From an uncultured Acidobacteriota bacterium (GTDB taxonomy: Bacteria > Actinomycetota > Acidimicrobiia > Acidimicrobiales > SHLQ01): a DNA stretch of 64,000 bases. Of the stretch, positions 19,548 through 31,157 are shown piece by piece. Below the pieces are notes generated by a model that saw nothing but the letters and a program-made list of their open reading frames with translations, did no database searches and was not told where the DNA came from. How positions within the stretch are numbered: the first letter of the stretch is position 1; every line of letters starts with the position of its first letter. The translations under genes and the position numbers were made by a program. Where the stretch lies: assembly GCA_963738445.1 (NCBI GenBank), contig CAVTWS010000007.1, positions 51,976 to 115,975 of the forward strand, read 5' to 3'.

Positions 19548-19997
19548 ATGGAGATCGTGATCTTCGTGCTCGCCGGCCTGGCGGTGCTGGCCGTAGCGTT
19601 CGGGGTGGTGGGCCGCGCCGTGTTCCGCCTCGAGCGGCAACCGGAGCCGGCCGTGCTCGAGGTCGAAGCCGCCGTGGCCTGGATCGCCGATCGGGTGCCC
19701 ACCGAGGTGGCGGGTCGGCTGAGCGAAACCGATGTCCGCCGCCTCGTCAACTGGCACATCGACGAGCTCGACCGCATCGGCCTGACGAGCGACAGCGGCG
19801 CGGAGATAGCGCCGGTCGACGGCTCGGCCGATCCCGGCCCGGTGACGATCGCCACCGCGCAATTCGACGAGATCACCGACGCCATCGTGGCGCGTGGTCT
19901 GGCCGCGGACGAACCGTACGAAGCGGTGGATGTCGTCGTCGTCCTCGACCTCTACAACCAGTACCTCGCCCACATCGGTGCCGTCAGGAATTCCTGA
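19548..19997 (+). CDS. Hypothetical protein with an N-terminal membrane anchor
   Basis: Hydrophobic N-terminus, RBS-like GAAGGGG, ends QYLAHIGAV. Confidence 0.7.
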   Translation: MEIVIFVLAGLAVLAVAFGVVGRAVFRLERQPEPAVLEVEAAVAWIADRVPTEVAGRLSETDVRRLVNWHIDELDRIGLTSDSGAEIAPVDGSADPGPVTIATAQFDEITDAIVARGLAADEPYEAVDVVVVLDLYNQYLAHIGAVRNS

Positions 19998-20029
19998 GAC
20001 GACATCGACTCTCCTGTGTCACACTGGTT

Positions 20030-20291
20030 TCACCAAGGAAAGGAGGTGGTCCAGCTGAACGAAGGTAGATCTGGGACCTTGGAGGTGGCTGGCCGCTAGG
20101 CCGGTTGCTGGAACAGCTTGGCGAAACCCCGCCGGCCACCATCGGACCTCGCGGTCGGGCCGAGTCCCGCCCGACTGCCCCGGACCACCGAGCATCTGCT
20201 CGGGACGTCCAGCGGCGAACGCGAACCGAGCTCCAGCCCATCATTTCCAAACCGGCCGGGAGTCTGCCCTTGGTGGCGGCTCCCGGCCGGT
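20030..20291 (+). ncRNA. Candidate structured RNA with an extended anti-16S leader and an internal 14-codon ORF
   Basis: GGAAAGGAGGTGGTCCAGCTG (20037-20057); stems 20151-20178, 20188-20203 and 20251-20291; no long ORF with coding-like bias; ends approximate. Confidence 0.5.
20055..20099 (+). CDS. Putative small peptide (L/M)NEGRSGTLEVAGR, CTG start
   Basis: CTG at normal spacing after the AGGAGGTG core, TAG at 20097-20099; translation unproven. Confidence 0.4.
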   Translation: MNEGRSGTLEVAGR

Positions 20292-20409
20292 GCCGTTGTG
20301 GAGGTGGTGTGGGGTTCGGTGCCCGAACTCCTCAACTCCGCACTCCTCAACAATGGCGTCGGTTGTCCGATGGGGCTCAGGCGTAGCGTCGTGGCAAGGA
20401 GTGGACATC

Positions 20410-21234
20410 ATGGGCGAGAAGTGGCACGGGAAGTTCGTGTTCCGGGCGTTGCTGGGGCTGGTGGCCGTCGCCGCCGTCGCCGGCGCGGTGACGATGTCGG
20501 CGGCGTCGGGCGAGCCCGAGGCCGATGGCGAGACGGCTGCGCCGAGACTCGAGGGCGGTCTGAAGATCGTCAAGACGCACCCCGGGTTGCCGAACTCGGA
20601 CCCCCGTCTCGGTACGACCCTGTTCTTCCGGTTCGACTACACGTGCACCGACGGCACCGTCGGCCAGGTGATCTACCCCACCGATTTCAATGGGGCGAAC
20701 TCCCAAGCGGAGGATGCGTTGCCGCTGGGCACGGTCTGCACGGTCACCGAATCGATCGTGGGTGACGCCGCCGCCAACTGGACGGTCACCAGCCACGTGG
20801 AGAGCCAGGGCGGAGGGTTCCTGCCCATCAACCCGGCCACCGTCCCGATCAACAACGCCACCGGCAACAACGTGGTGCAGTTCAAGAACGAGTACGACCC
20901 GATCGTGACTCCCGGACCCGGCACGCTCACGGTGATCAAGGACTTCGTCGGCGGATCCACCCCGGTGACGATCGGCTACGTCTGCGGGAACAGCACCGGC
21001 AGCTTCACCTTCAGTGCCGATGGCCAGGCCTCGGTATCGATCCCCGCCGGTACGACCTGCGTCCTCACGGAGACCTTCGACAACGGCGATGCTGCGGCGT
21101 GGACGACGTCCGCCAACGGCGCGTGTGCCCTGAGCACCTCGGTGGTGGTGGCATCGGCGCAGACCGCCACGGCAACCTTCGTCAACACGCTCGTCGACTA
21201 CTCGGTGACGTCGACGTGCCCGCCCAACGGGTGA
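20410..21234 (+). CDS. Secreted protein with two Ig-like DUF5979/prealbumin-like repeats
   Basis: Signal peptide; two repeats of L.(I/V).K...YxC...P.GT.C..TE...F.N; AGGAG RBS. Confidence 0.7.
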   Translation: MGEKWHGKFVFRALLGLVAVAAVAGAVTMSAASGEPEADGETAAPRLEGGLKIVKTHPGLPNSDPRLGTTLFFRFDYTCTDGTVGQVIYPTDFNGANSQAEDALPLGTVCTVTESIVGDAAANWTVTSHVESQGGGFLPINPATVPINNATGNNVVQFKNEYDPIVTPGPGTLTVIKDFVGGSTPVTIGYVCGNSTGSFTFSADGQASVSIPAGTTCVLTETFDNGDAAAWTTSANGACALSTSVVVASAQTATATFVNTLVDYSVTSTCPPNG

Positions 21235-21346
21235 GGGCCCGTTCAGGAAAGAGCGGCCGCCGCTTCCGGTGGCGAACCGAAATCGAGTCGAAGGCATCAG
21301 GTGTCTCTTCGGGCGCCACCGGTAGCGTCTCGCACGAGGCAGGGCT

Positions 21347-23209
21347 ATGACGGGCACCACACAGATCGAGGGCAGCGGCGACCCGGGCATCCCGTCGGAC
21401 GTTCCCGACCCGGGCGGGGTGATCGACACGGATCCCCCCACCCTGCCGGACCTCCCCGCGGCGCGACCCTGGTGGCGCCGCCGCCGAAACGTCGTCGCTG
21501 TCGTGGCGCTGCTGCTCGCCGGTTACGGCGCCCTCGTCGCCGTACGGCTGCTCTCGGCCCGATCCGACCTGGAGGCGGCGCGCGACATCTTGAACGAGTG
21601 GCGCGCCGACACCGATGCCGACACGCTGCTCGACGCCGGCGACGACCCCCGCCTGGCCGAGGCCGAAGCGCTGCTCGAGGGGGCCACCGGCGGTGTCACC
21701 GGACCGCTGTTCCTTCCCGTGCGGCTGATCCCCGTGGCCGGCACCCAGATCGATTCCGTGCAGTCGCTCACCACCTCGGCCCGCGATCTGGTTCGCGCCG
21801 GGCGGGTGGCGCTCGCCGCCATGGCCGAGGAGGTCGACGCCTACGAGGTGTCCGGTGATCGGCTGGCGCTCGTCGATGCCGCCGGCACGCACATCGATCG
21901 GCTCAACGAGGTTGTCAACGATGTGGACCTCGGCCCCGGATCCGGCTTGGTCGGGCCGCTGCCGGGCGTGCGCGACGAGTTCGCGGCGGACTACGTCGAG
22001 CTCGTCGAGGCCGTCGACGACGCCTCGGCGGCGGTGTCCAGCCTCGATGCGTTCCTCCGGACCGATGGTCCCTACCTCGTGCTCGGCGCCAACAACGCCG
22101 AGATGCGAGCCGGGGGCGGCATGGTGCTCTCCCTGGGCGAGATGACGATCGACGAGGGGGAGATCGATCTCGGCGACATCCAGCCGGTCTCCCAGCTCGC
22201 CGAATTCGATCCGGTCGAGATCGATCGGGAGCTCGAGGATCTCTACGGCAACCTCGGCCCGGGCCGTGAGGTGCGAAACATCAACGTGCTTCCGGCCTTC
22301 CCCCGGGTGGCCCAACTGGCGGCGGACCAGTGGCGGGCGATCACCGGGCGCGAAGTCGAGGGCGTGATGCTCCTGGATTCGGCCGGGTTGGCCTCGATGG
22401 TGGGTGCCACGGGCCCGATCGAGGTCGACGGCGAGACGTACGACCAGCAGGGCATGCTCGACTATCTCCTGACGGGCCAGTACCTGGAGTTCCACGAGGT
22501 CGACCAGACCCTCGACGATGTCGACGACCGGCGCGACCGGCTGGGCGAGATCGCCGACACGGTGTTCAACGCCCTGCAGGCCGATGTGGATGCCCCCGCC
22601 CTGGTCCGTTCCCTGCAATCGGCCGCCCGCCAACGTCATCTGATGATCTGGTCGACCGATCCGGAGATCCAGGCCGGTTGGGAGGCCATCGACGTCGCCG
22701 GGCTGCTCCAGCCCGAGTCGCTGATGCTGTCCATCCTCAACCGGGGCGGCGACAAGATGGACGCCTTCGTGAACATCGACGCCGACCTGACCTTTACCGA
22801 CGCGACCGGCGGCGGGGTCGACGCCACGTTGGTGCTGTCGCTCGAGAACGCGACTCCGGACGGCATGCCGCACTACGTCACCGGCCGGGCCCCGGAGTAC
22901 CACGACATCCGCGAACAGATCGCCGAGTACGTCGGGATCTTGAGCATGTCGTTGCCCGGCGCCGCGACCAGCGTCGAAGTCGACGGCGCGGAGGTCACGA
23001 CCCAGGGTCCCGACGGACCGAGCCAGGTGGTCGGTGCCCAGTTCACCTTGCTCCGCACCGAGTCGACCGCACTGACGGTGAGGTTCCACCTCCCCGACGA
23101 CGTCGACGAGATCCGGATCGAGCCCACCGGTCGTGGTCGCGCCGTACCGTGGACCGTCGCCGGCGTGCAGTTCCTCGACGGGTGGGCCCACACCGTACCG
23201 GTCGGCTGA
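21347..23209 (+). CDS. DUF4012 domain membrane-anchored protein
   Basis: One TM helix, helical region, YLVLGANNAEMRAGGG, NRGGDKMD. Confidence 0.8.
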   Translation: MTGTTQIEGSGDPGIPSDVPDPGGVIDTDPPTLPDLPAARPWWRRRRNVVAVVALLLAGYGALVAVRLLSARSDLEAARDILNEWRADTDADTLLDAGDDPRLAEAEALLEGATGGVTGPLFLPVRLIPVAGTQIDSVQSLTTSARDLVRAGRVALAAMAEEVDAYEVSGDRLALVDAAGTHIDRLNEVVNDVDLGPGSGLVGPLPGVRDEFAADYVELVEAVDDASAAVSSLDAFLRTDGPYLVLGANNAEMRAGGGMVLSLGEMTIDEGEIDLGDIQPVSQLAEFDPVEIDRELEDLYGNLGPGREVRNINVLPAFPRVAQLAADQWRAITGREVEGVMLLDSAGLASMVGATGPIEVDGETYDQQGMLDYLLTGQYLEFHEVDQTLDDVDDRRDRLGEIADTVFNALQADVDAPALVRSLQSAARQRHLMIWSTDPEIQAGWEAIDVAGLLQPESLMLSILNRGGDKMDAFVNIDADLTFTDATGGGVDATLVLSLENATPDGMPHYVTGRAPEYHDIREQIAEYVGILSMSLPGAATSVEVDGAEVTTQGPDGPSQVVGAQFTLLRTESTALTVRFHLPDDVDEIRIEPTGRGRAVPWTVAGVQFLDGWAHTVPVG

Positions 23210-23302
23210 TCGTTGCCGCCCGGTGGCCGACGGGCTGGTCGCCGGCGGGCTGCTAGCAGGCGGGTGACGCTCGGGCATCGAGCCTTCGGTAGGGTTGGCT
23301 TC

Positions 23303-23491
23303 ATGGAACGCCCGGCCCGATACGCCGAGAATCGCTTCATCGGCGACAAACGCACCCAGGTCGTGTACGACCTCGATGTACAGGCCGATTCCGCCACCAT
23401 CGACGAGCTCGTGGTCTCCGAGCAGGTGGCCACGTTCGGTCCGGACACGTTGGCCGAAGCGCGCAACCGCGGCTACCGACTGGCCCGGTGA
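23303..23491 (+). CDS. Small conserved-looking hypothetical protein
   Basis: MERPARYAENRFIGDKRTQVVYDLD...FGPDTLAEARNRGYR; TAGGGT -10 just upstream. Confidence 0.7.
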   Translation: MERPARYAENRFIGDKRTQVVYDLDVQADSATIDELVVSEQVATFGPDTLAEARNRGYRLAR

Positions 23492-24283
23492 AGACCCCGC
23501 CCGGCCTTGCCGACGGGCCTGGCCGGTCGTTCGAGGTCGCCGCGCCGGGACGCCGCCTGGCGTCGTACCTGGCCACGCCGGCGGCTCGCCCGATCGGCGC
23601 CCCGGCGGTGGTGCTGGCGCACGCCTTCCCCGGCGGACCCCGCGGCAGCGCCAACAACCCCGCGACCCTGCGCCGCGCTGGCCGACCGGGTGGCCGACGA
23701 GCTCGGCTGGTTGGCGCTCACCTTCACGTTCACGAGCGTCGGCGAGTCGACGGGGCTGTTCTCGATCGCCACCTGGGTCGACGACCTCCGCGCCGTCACC
23801 CACCATCTGGTGCAGGAGGAGCGGGCCAACGGTGTCTGGCTCGTCGGGTTCGGTACCGGTGGTGCGTTGTGCATCTGCGCCGGCGCGGCCGATCCGAGGG
23901 TGCGGGGCGTGGCCTCGGCCGCGGCCGCGGCGGACTTCGACGACTGGGCCAAGAACCCGCGTCAGCTGCTCGATCACGCGGCCGCCGTCGGCATGAGGAT
24001 CGCTCCCGCCTACGCCCGCGATCAATCGACGCTCGTGGCCGAGCTCCGCGCCGCCAACGCCGAGCGGGCCGCGGCGGCGCTGTCCCCGCGTCCCCTGCTG
24101 GTCCTACACGGTTCCGACGATGAGGCGGTGCCGGCGCTCGACGCTCGGGCCGTGGCCGATGCGCACGGCATGGCCGACCTCCGGATCCTGCCGGGAGCGT
24201 CGCATTACCTGCGCCACGACCCCCGGGCCATCGCCATCCTGTTCGGATGGCTCGAGCGCCAGCGCAGCCAGAACCTGGTGTGA
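23488..24283 (+). CDS. Alpha/beta-fold hydrolase-like protein (one frameshift near 23670)
   Basis: VVLAHAFP in one frame; WLVGFGTGG, LLVLHGSDDEAVP, GASHYLRHDP in another. Confidence 0.75.
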
Positions 24284-24311
24284 ACCGGCGGGGTGGCGGT
24301 GAGCGCCGGGT

Positions 24312-26015
24312 TTACCCGTCGGCCGAACTGGCCACCAGGTCGACCTGGTCATCGAGCACCGACCCGAACTGATCGAACGCGGTGGCGGTGGCCACCGCGT
24401 CGGTGCCTTCACAGAACCACTCCCACACCTCGGCGGGGTCCAGGACCTCGTCGCCGTTGCCGTTCGGGCCGAGCTGAGGCTCGCAGTCGGTGTCGGCGAT
24501 GGGTCGGAGCTCCACCTGGGTGAGCGGGGACGTGCCGGTGTTGGTGAGGTTCCAGGACGTGCCGTCGACGACCGGGACGAGGGTGAGCTGCATCTGGGCG
24601 TCGTAGGCCTCGAACTCCAGCGGGTACTGCTCTTCGACCAACTCGCCGCGGTCGTCGATCTCGGCGATGACCGAGATGAGCGCGGTGGCCAGAGGCAACG
24701 ACTCGGTGGAGCAGATGAACGTCCACACCTCGCCGGCCTCCATGGTGCGGTCGTCGTCGATGTCGCCGCGGCCGAGCGAGGAAGGCTGATCGCAGACGTC
24801 GGTGGTGACCGCGACGGAGTCGGCGGTGCTGTCGGGGAGGTTGAGGCTCACGCGGATCTCGAAGTCGACCGGGTCGCCCGTGCGGTGGCCCGGCTCGTCG
24901 GCCTCGAGGAGCACCGTGAAGGTCACGCCGCTGATGATGGGGACCTGGGCCTCGGAGTCGACGCTCGAGGTGTCGAGGGCATCGAGGTAGGTGAGCTCGG
25001 ACCGGTGGCAGACCCGGGGCTGGCGGTTCGTGCAGGCGGACCCGGGCGTCACGATCTCGCCTTCCGGAAGGTCGGTGCTCATCGCGGTGGCGGTCACGGT
25101 CACAGCCACGATCTCCTCGGGGGCGAGGAAACCGACCTCGCACTCGTAGGAGCCGCCGGTGGTGGTGCACGAGGTGAGGGATCCGAGCAGATCGGTCACG
25201 ACGAGGTCCGTCACGGTGGCGTTGTCGCCGACCGTGCCGGTCAACGTCACACGGCTGAGGGGCTCGACGTCGGACGGGTTGCTGAACGTGACCGTGCTGG
25301 TCAGCTGCGACTCGAGCCGTACGTTGGCGTCGGGCGACGTGACCTCGATGGTGGGGTCGTCGCCGCCGCGGTTCGAGCGGGCGATGTCGGTGGAGAAGGC
25401 CAGCGCCCCACCGCCCACCAGAGGATCCTCCCCGGGGGCCGCCATGACGGGCGCCAGGGTGAGCGACACGGTGGCGTCGTTGCGGTCGTCGGCGGCGAGC
25501 ACGGACCACAGCTCGATGACCACGGTCTCGGCGTCGTCGAGGCCGGTGAGCTCCAGGAGATCCCCGTCGATGCCGGCGGCGGCATCGGTGCCGTCGGGGG
25601 ATTCGAGCAGTACGGGATCCGAGTCATCGACGAAGGCACAGGCGATGCCGCCCGACAACGCGTCCGACGAGGTGATGTTCCAGCCGACCGTGTCGCCGGT
25701 CGCCCCGGACGGACCGGTCACGGCGACGGTGAGCACGACGACCTGACCCTCGGCGAAACCGGAGTCGGCCAGGCTGACGCCGCGGTCGTGGTCGGTGTCG
25801 GCGATGGGGGACGCACCCCGGCCGTCGGGGCAGGTGACCCGATCGAGGGCGGTGTGGTCGTAGAGCAACGGATCGGCAACGTGCACCTGGAGCGCGTCGT
25901 CGGTGGTGCCGCTGCTGTCATCGCCGGTCAGGGCGAGGATGCCCACGGCACCCACGCCGAGGACCGCCGCGCCGATCAGTCCGGCGACGAGAGTTCGTGA
26001 TCGAGAACGATTCAT
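24312..26015 (-). CDS. Acidic membrane-anchored/secreted protein with DUF11/DUF7507-like Ig-type repeats
   Basis: N-terminal TM; CEVGFLAPEE; repeated GD.D....GEVWTFIC and NGDEVLDPAEVWEWFC. Confidence 0.65.
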   Translation of the reverse strand: MNRSRSRTLVAGLIGAAVLGVGAVGILALTGDDSSGTTDDALQVHVADPLLYDHTALDRVTCPDGRGASPIADTDHDRGVSLADSGFAEGQVVVLTVAVTGPSGATGDTVGWNITSSDALSGGIACAFVDDSDPVLLESPDGTDAAAGIDGDLLELTGLDDAETVVIELWSVLAADDRNDATVSLTLAPVMAAPGEDPLVGGGALAFSTDIARSNRGGDDPTIEVTSPDANVRLESQLTSTVTFSNPSDVEPLSRVTLTGTVGDNATVTDLVVTDLLGSLTSCTTTGGSYECEVGFLAPEEIVAVTVTATAMSTDLPEGEIVTPGSACTNRQPRVCHRSELTYLDALDTSSVDSEAQVPIISGVTFTVLLEADEPGHRTGDPVDFEIRVSLNLPDSTADSVAVTTDVCDQPSSLGRGDIDDDRTMEAGEVWTFICSTESLPLATALISVIAEIDDRGELVEEQYPLEFEAYDAQMQLTLVPVVDGTSWNLTNTGTSPLTQVELRPIADTDCEPQLGPNGNGDEVLDPAEVWEWFCEGTDAVATATAFDQFGSVLDDQVDLVASSADG

Positions 26016-26590
26016 TGGGCCTTGGTCTTGCCTTGAGCTTTCTGCTGCTTCTTCCAGGCCCGGACGCGTTGTAGCGCTTCCTCGGAGTCGATGTCGGCCA
26101 CCGACCTCGGGGAGTCGTCACCGAACACCCCCGCCTTCTCCCGCCACCCTGCCGGTTGCACGTTGGTGCGTTTGCCGAGGATGGCGAGGAAGATCTTGGC
26201 CTTCTCGTCGCCATACCCCGGAAGATCCTTCAGCCGACCGAGGACGGTCGCGGCGTCGGCGTTGTCCGACCAGATGCGCGTGGGGTCGCCCTCGTACCGT
26301 TCGACGAGGTGCGCGCACAAGGCGTGGGTTCGCCGGCCCATGGCGCCGGGGTAGCGGTGCAACGCCGGTTTGGTGCAGAACACGGTCTCCACGGCCTCGC
26401 TCCCCATCTCGGCGATGGTTCGGGCGTCGAGGCCACCCACCCGGGCGACGAGGCTCGACGGTCCCCGGAAGGCCCATTCCATGGGTACCTGCTGATCGAG
26501 CAACATGCCGATCAGCAGGGCCAACGGGTCGCGGTTGAGCAACCCATCGGCGGCGTCATCGCCGGTGACGGCGAGAGTTCCGGACAGCAC
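26012..26590 (-). CDS. HhH-GPD-type base-excision repair family protein
   Basis: PLALLIGMLLDQQVPMEWAF, PALHRYPGAM, LPGYGDEKAKIF, PRSVAD. Confidence 0.88.
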   Translation of the reverse strand: MLSGTLAVTGDDAADGLLNRDPLALLIGMLLDQQVPMEWAFRGPSSLVARVGGLDARTIAEMGSEAVETVFCTKPALHRYPGAMGRRTHALCAHLVERYEGDPTRIWSDNADAATVLGRLKDLPGYGDEKAKIFLAILGKRTNVQPAGWREKAGVFGDDSPRSVADIDSEEALQRVRAWKKQQKAQGKTKAQ

Positions 26591-26664
26591 GGGATCGAGT
26601 GTAGTGAGTCGACACCCACCGACGGTACTCAACCACGCAGTGTGGTCGTCGGTCGACCCGAGGG

Positions 26665-29434
<2,770 letters not shown>

Positions 29435-29496
29435 GGCCCCCATGATCGCGCCGAAAGGGACCGGTTCGCGTCGCGTGAGCGGGCACGAGGTCCAGA

Positions 29497-30483
29497 ATGG
29501 TCGCCGTGAACGAGTCGCCGACGGTCGTGTACACCGACGGCGCCTGCAGCGGTAACCCGGGTCCGGGCGGTTGGGCGTGGGCGGTCCCGGAGGGTCCCTG
29601 GGCCTCCGGCGCCGAGTCGGCCACGACCAACCAGCGCATGGAGCTGACGGCGGCCGTGGAGGCCGTGGCGACCCTCCCGCGGCCGCTGGTGGTGGTCAGC
29701 GACTCGACTTACGTCGTCAACTGCTTTCGGCAGAGTTGGTGGAAGGGCTGGCTGGCCAAGCAGTGGCGCAACAGTCAGGGCAAACCCGTTGCCAACCGCG
29801 ATCTCTGGGAACCTCTCATCGAAGCCCATCGCCAGGACGGCATCGAGTGGCAGTGGGTGAAGGGACACAGCGGGGATCGCTGGAACGACGTGGTCGACGC
29901 GTTGTCGGTCGCCGCCTCGCGGGATCAGCGAGGGGCCCGTGGCGTCCGGCCCGGTGATGCCGTGAGCTTCGACGACGAGGTGCCCGCCCCATGGCGGGTC
30001 GTGGTCCATGGTCCGGGGCCGGAGCTCGCCGCCGATTCCGCGGTCTGGCATTCGGTGCGCACCCGCATGGCCGACCTGCTTGAGGAGCTCCGGAGCTCGC
30101 ACCCTGGGCTCGTCGTGGTGTCGGGACTCCGTCGCGGCGTCGAGGAGCTGGGCGCCGACATCGCCGTCGAGCTGGGCCTGCCCCTGTGGGTCGTGCTGCC
30201 GTTCCCGGATGCCGAGAGCTCATGGCCCGATGCCGACCGCCGCCGGTTCGCCGAGCAGATGGCGCTCGCCACCCACGTCGAGCTCCTACGCGCCGATGCC
30301 CCGGCGACATCGGCCGGGGACACGGCGGATCTGCGCCGACGCGACGAGTGGCTGGCCGACGACGCCGACGCCGCCGTCGTGGTGTGGGACGGCGCTCCGG
30401 GCCGGCTCGCCCGTGCCGTCGACGCCCTCAACGACCGGATTCCCGACGAGGTGTGGGTCCTCGACCCCGTCAACCGGCGCTGA
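29497..30483 (+). CDS. rnhA: Ribonuclease HI fused to a C-terminal SLOG (YspA/DUF1273-like) domain
   Basis: [47 protein letters not shown]; then [27 protein letters not shown]. Confidence 0.85.
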   Translation: MVAVNESPTVVYTDGACSGNPGPGGWAWAVPEGPWASGAESATTNQRMELTAAVEAVATLPRPLVVVSDSTYVVNCFRQSWWKGWLAKQWRNSQGKPVANRDLWEPLIEAHRQDGIEWQWVKGHSGDRWNDVVDALSVAASRDQRGARGVRPGDAVSFDDEVPAPWRVVVHGPGPELAADSAVWHSVRTRMADLLEELRSSHPGLVVVSGLRRGVEELGADIAVELGLPLWVVLPFPDAESSWPDADRRRFAEQMALATHVELLRADAPATSAGDTADLRRRDEWLADDADAAVVVWDGAPGRLARAVDALNDRIPDEVWVLDPVNRR

Positions 30484-30551
30484 CGCGGTACTTCCGGGCG
30501 GTCAGCTGGCGCTGACGCGGTACTTCCGGGCGGTCAGCTGGCGCTGACGCG
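30476..30551. repeat. 32-bp tandem duplication (2.4 copies) between convergent genes
   Basis: GGCGCTGACGCGGTACTTCCGGGCGGTCAGCT twice plus a 12-bp partial copy. Confidence 0.9.
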
Positions 30552-31073
30552 CATGCGTTCCACGTTGCGGAGGACCCGTCGAAGCTCGGAGTACGCCGCG
30601 TTGACCTCGATCATGGTCTGCTCGGCCTCGAACCGCGAGCTGACCTCGTGGAGGTCCGGGTGGTACTGCTTGGCCAGCTGGCGATGGCGGACCGTGATCT
30701 CGGCCAGCGTTGCCCCAGGACGGACGCCGAGCACCTCGAACGGGTCACGGCCATGGCCGGGATAGGACGGCAACGGAACCGACCGGATCGGTTCACCGGG
30801 ATCGGCGGCCGGCTCCGCCCCCGGGGGGCGCCGGTCTGCCGATTCGAACAGGGACTCGGTGGTGAAGTACGTCTGGAAACCGCCTCGGCTCGGCTCGTTC
30901 TCTCGTGGGATGTCGGCCTCGCGTCCCTGTCGGGGCGGGTTGACCCGGTGGTCCAGGTGGTCCCGCTCGGTCCACCAGCGGTTGGCCTCGCCGTCGATCT
31001 CGACGCAGTCGTCGTCCTCGTCCGGGCGCCCGCGGCCGAACAGGCCGCGCCCCTTCTCGCGCTTTCGAGACAT
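30534..31073 (-). CDS. Protein with a C-terminal J (DnaJ) domain
   Basis: DPFEVLGV...RQLAKQYHPD...MIEVNAAY. Confidence 0.85.
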   Translation of the reverse strand: MSRKREKGRGLFGRGRPDEDDDCVEIDGEANRWWTERDHLDHRVNPPRQGREADIPRENEPSRGGFQTYFTTESLFESADRRPPGAEPAADPGEPIRSVPLPSYPGHGRDPFEVLGVRPGATLAEITVRHRQLAKQYHPDLHEVSSRFEAEQTMIEVNAAYSELRRVLRNVERMRVSAS

Positions 31074-31157
31074 GCGACAGTTGTACCGGTGAGGTCGAGC
31101 GGCCGGAATGGGCCTTTCGAACCATTGGCGATGAGTCCGCCGTCCCGGTGCCCGGAA

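Noticed and set aside
20037-20057. 16S rRNA gene fragment on the minus strand
   Set aside because: Similarity stops after about 21 nt and the flanks do not continue as 16S or ITS sequence, so it is not an rRNA gene.
20115-20215. c-di-GMP-I riboswitch suggested by GGCGAAAC and GGGACG
   Set aside because: Spacing and stems do not fit the compact two-hairpin aptamer; left unassigned pending cmscan.
21182-24025. 947-aa minus-strand ORF and other long antisense ORFs (e.g. 34833-36410, 44693-46546, 47834-49297)
   Set aside because: Shadow ORFs opposite recognisable genes, expected at this GC content; no motifs.
30476-30551. 32-bp repeats as a CRISPR array
   Set aside because: The copies are directly adjacent with no spacers, and there are no cas genes in the window.
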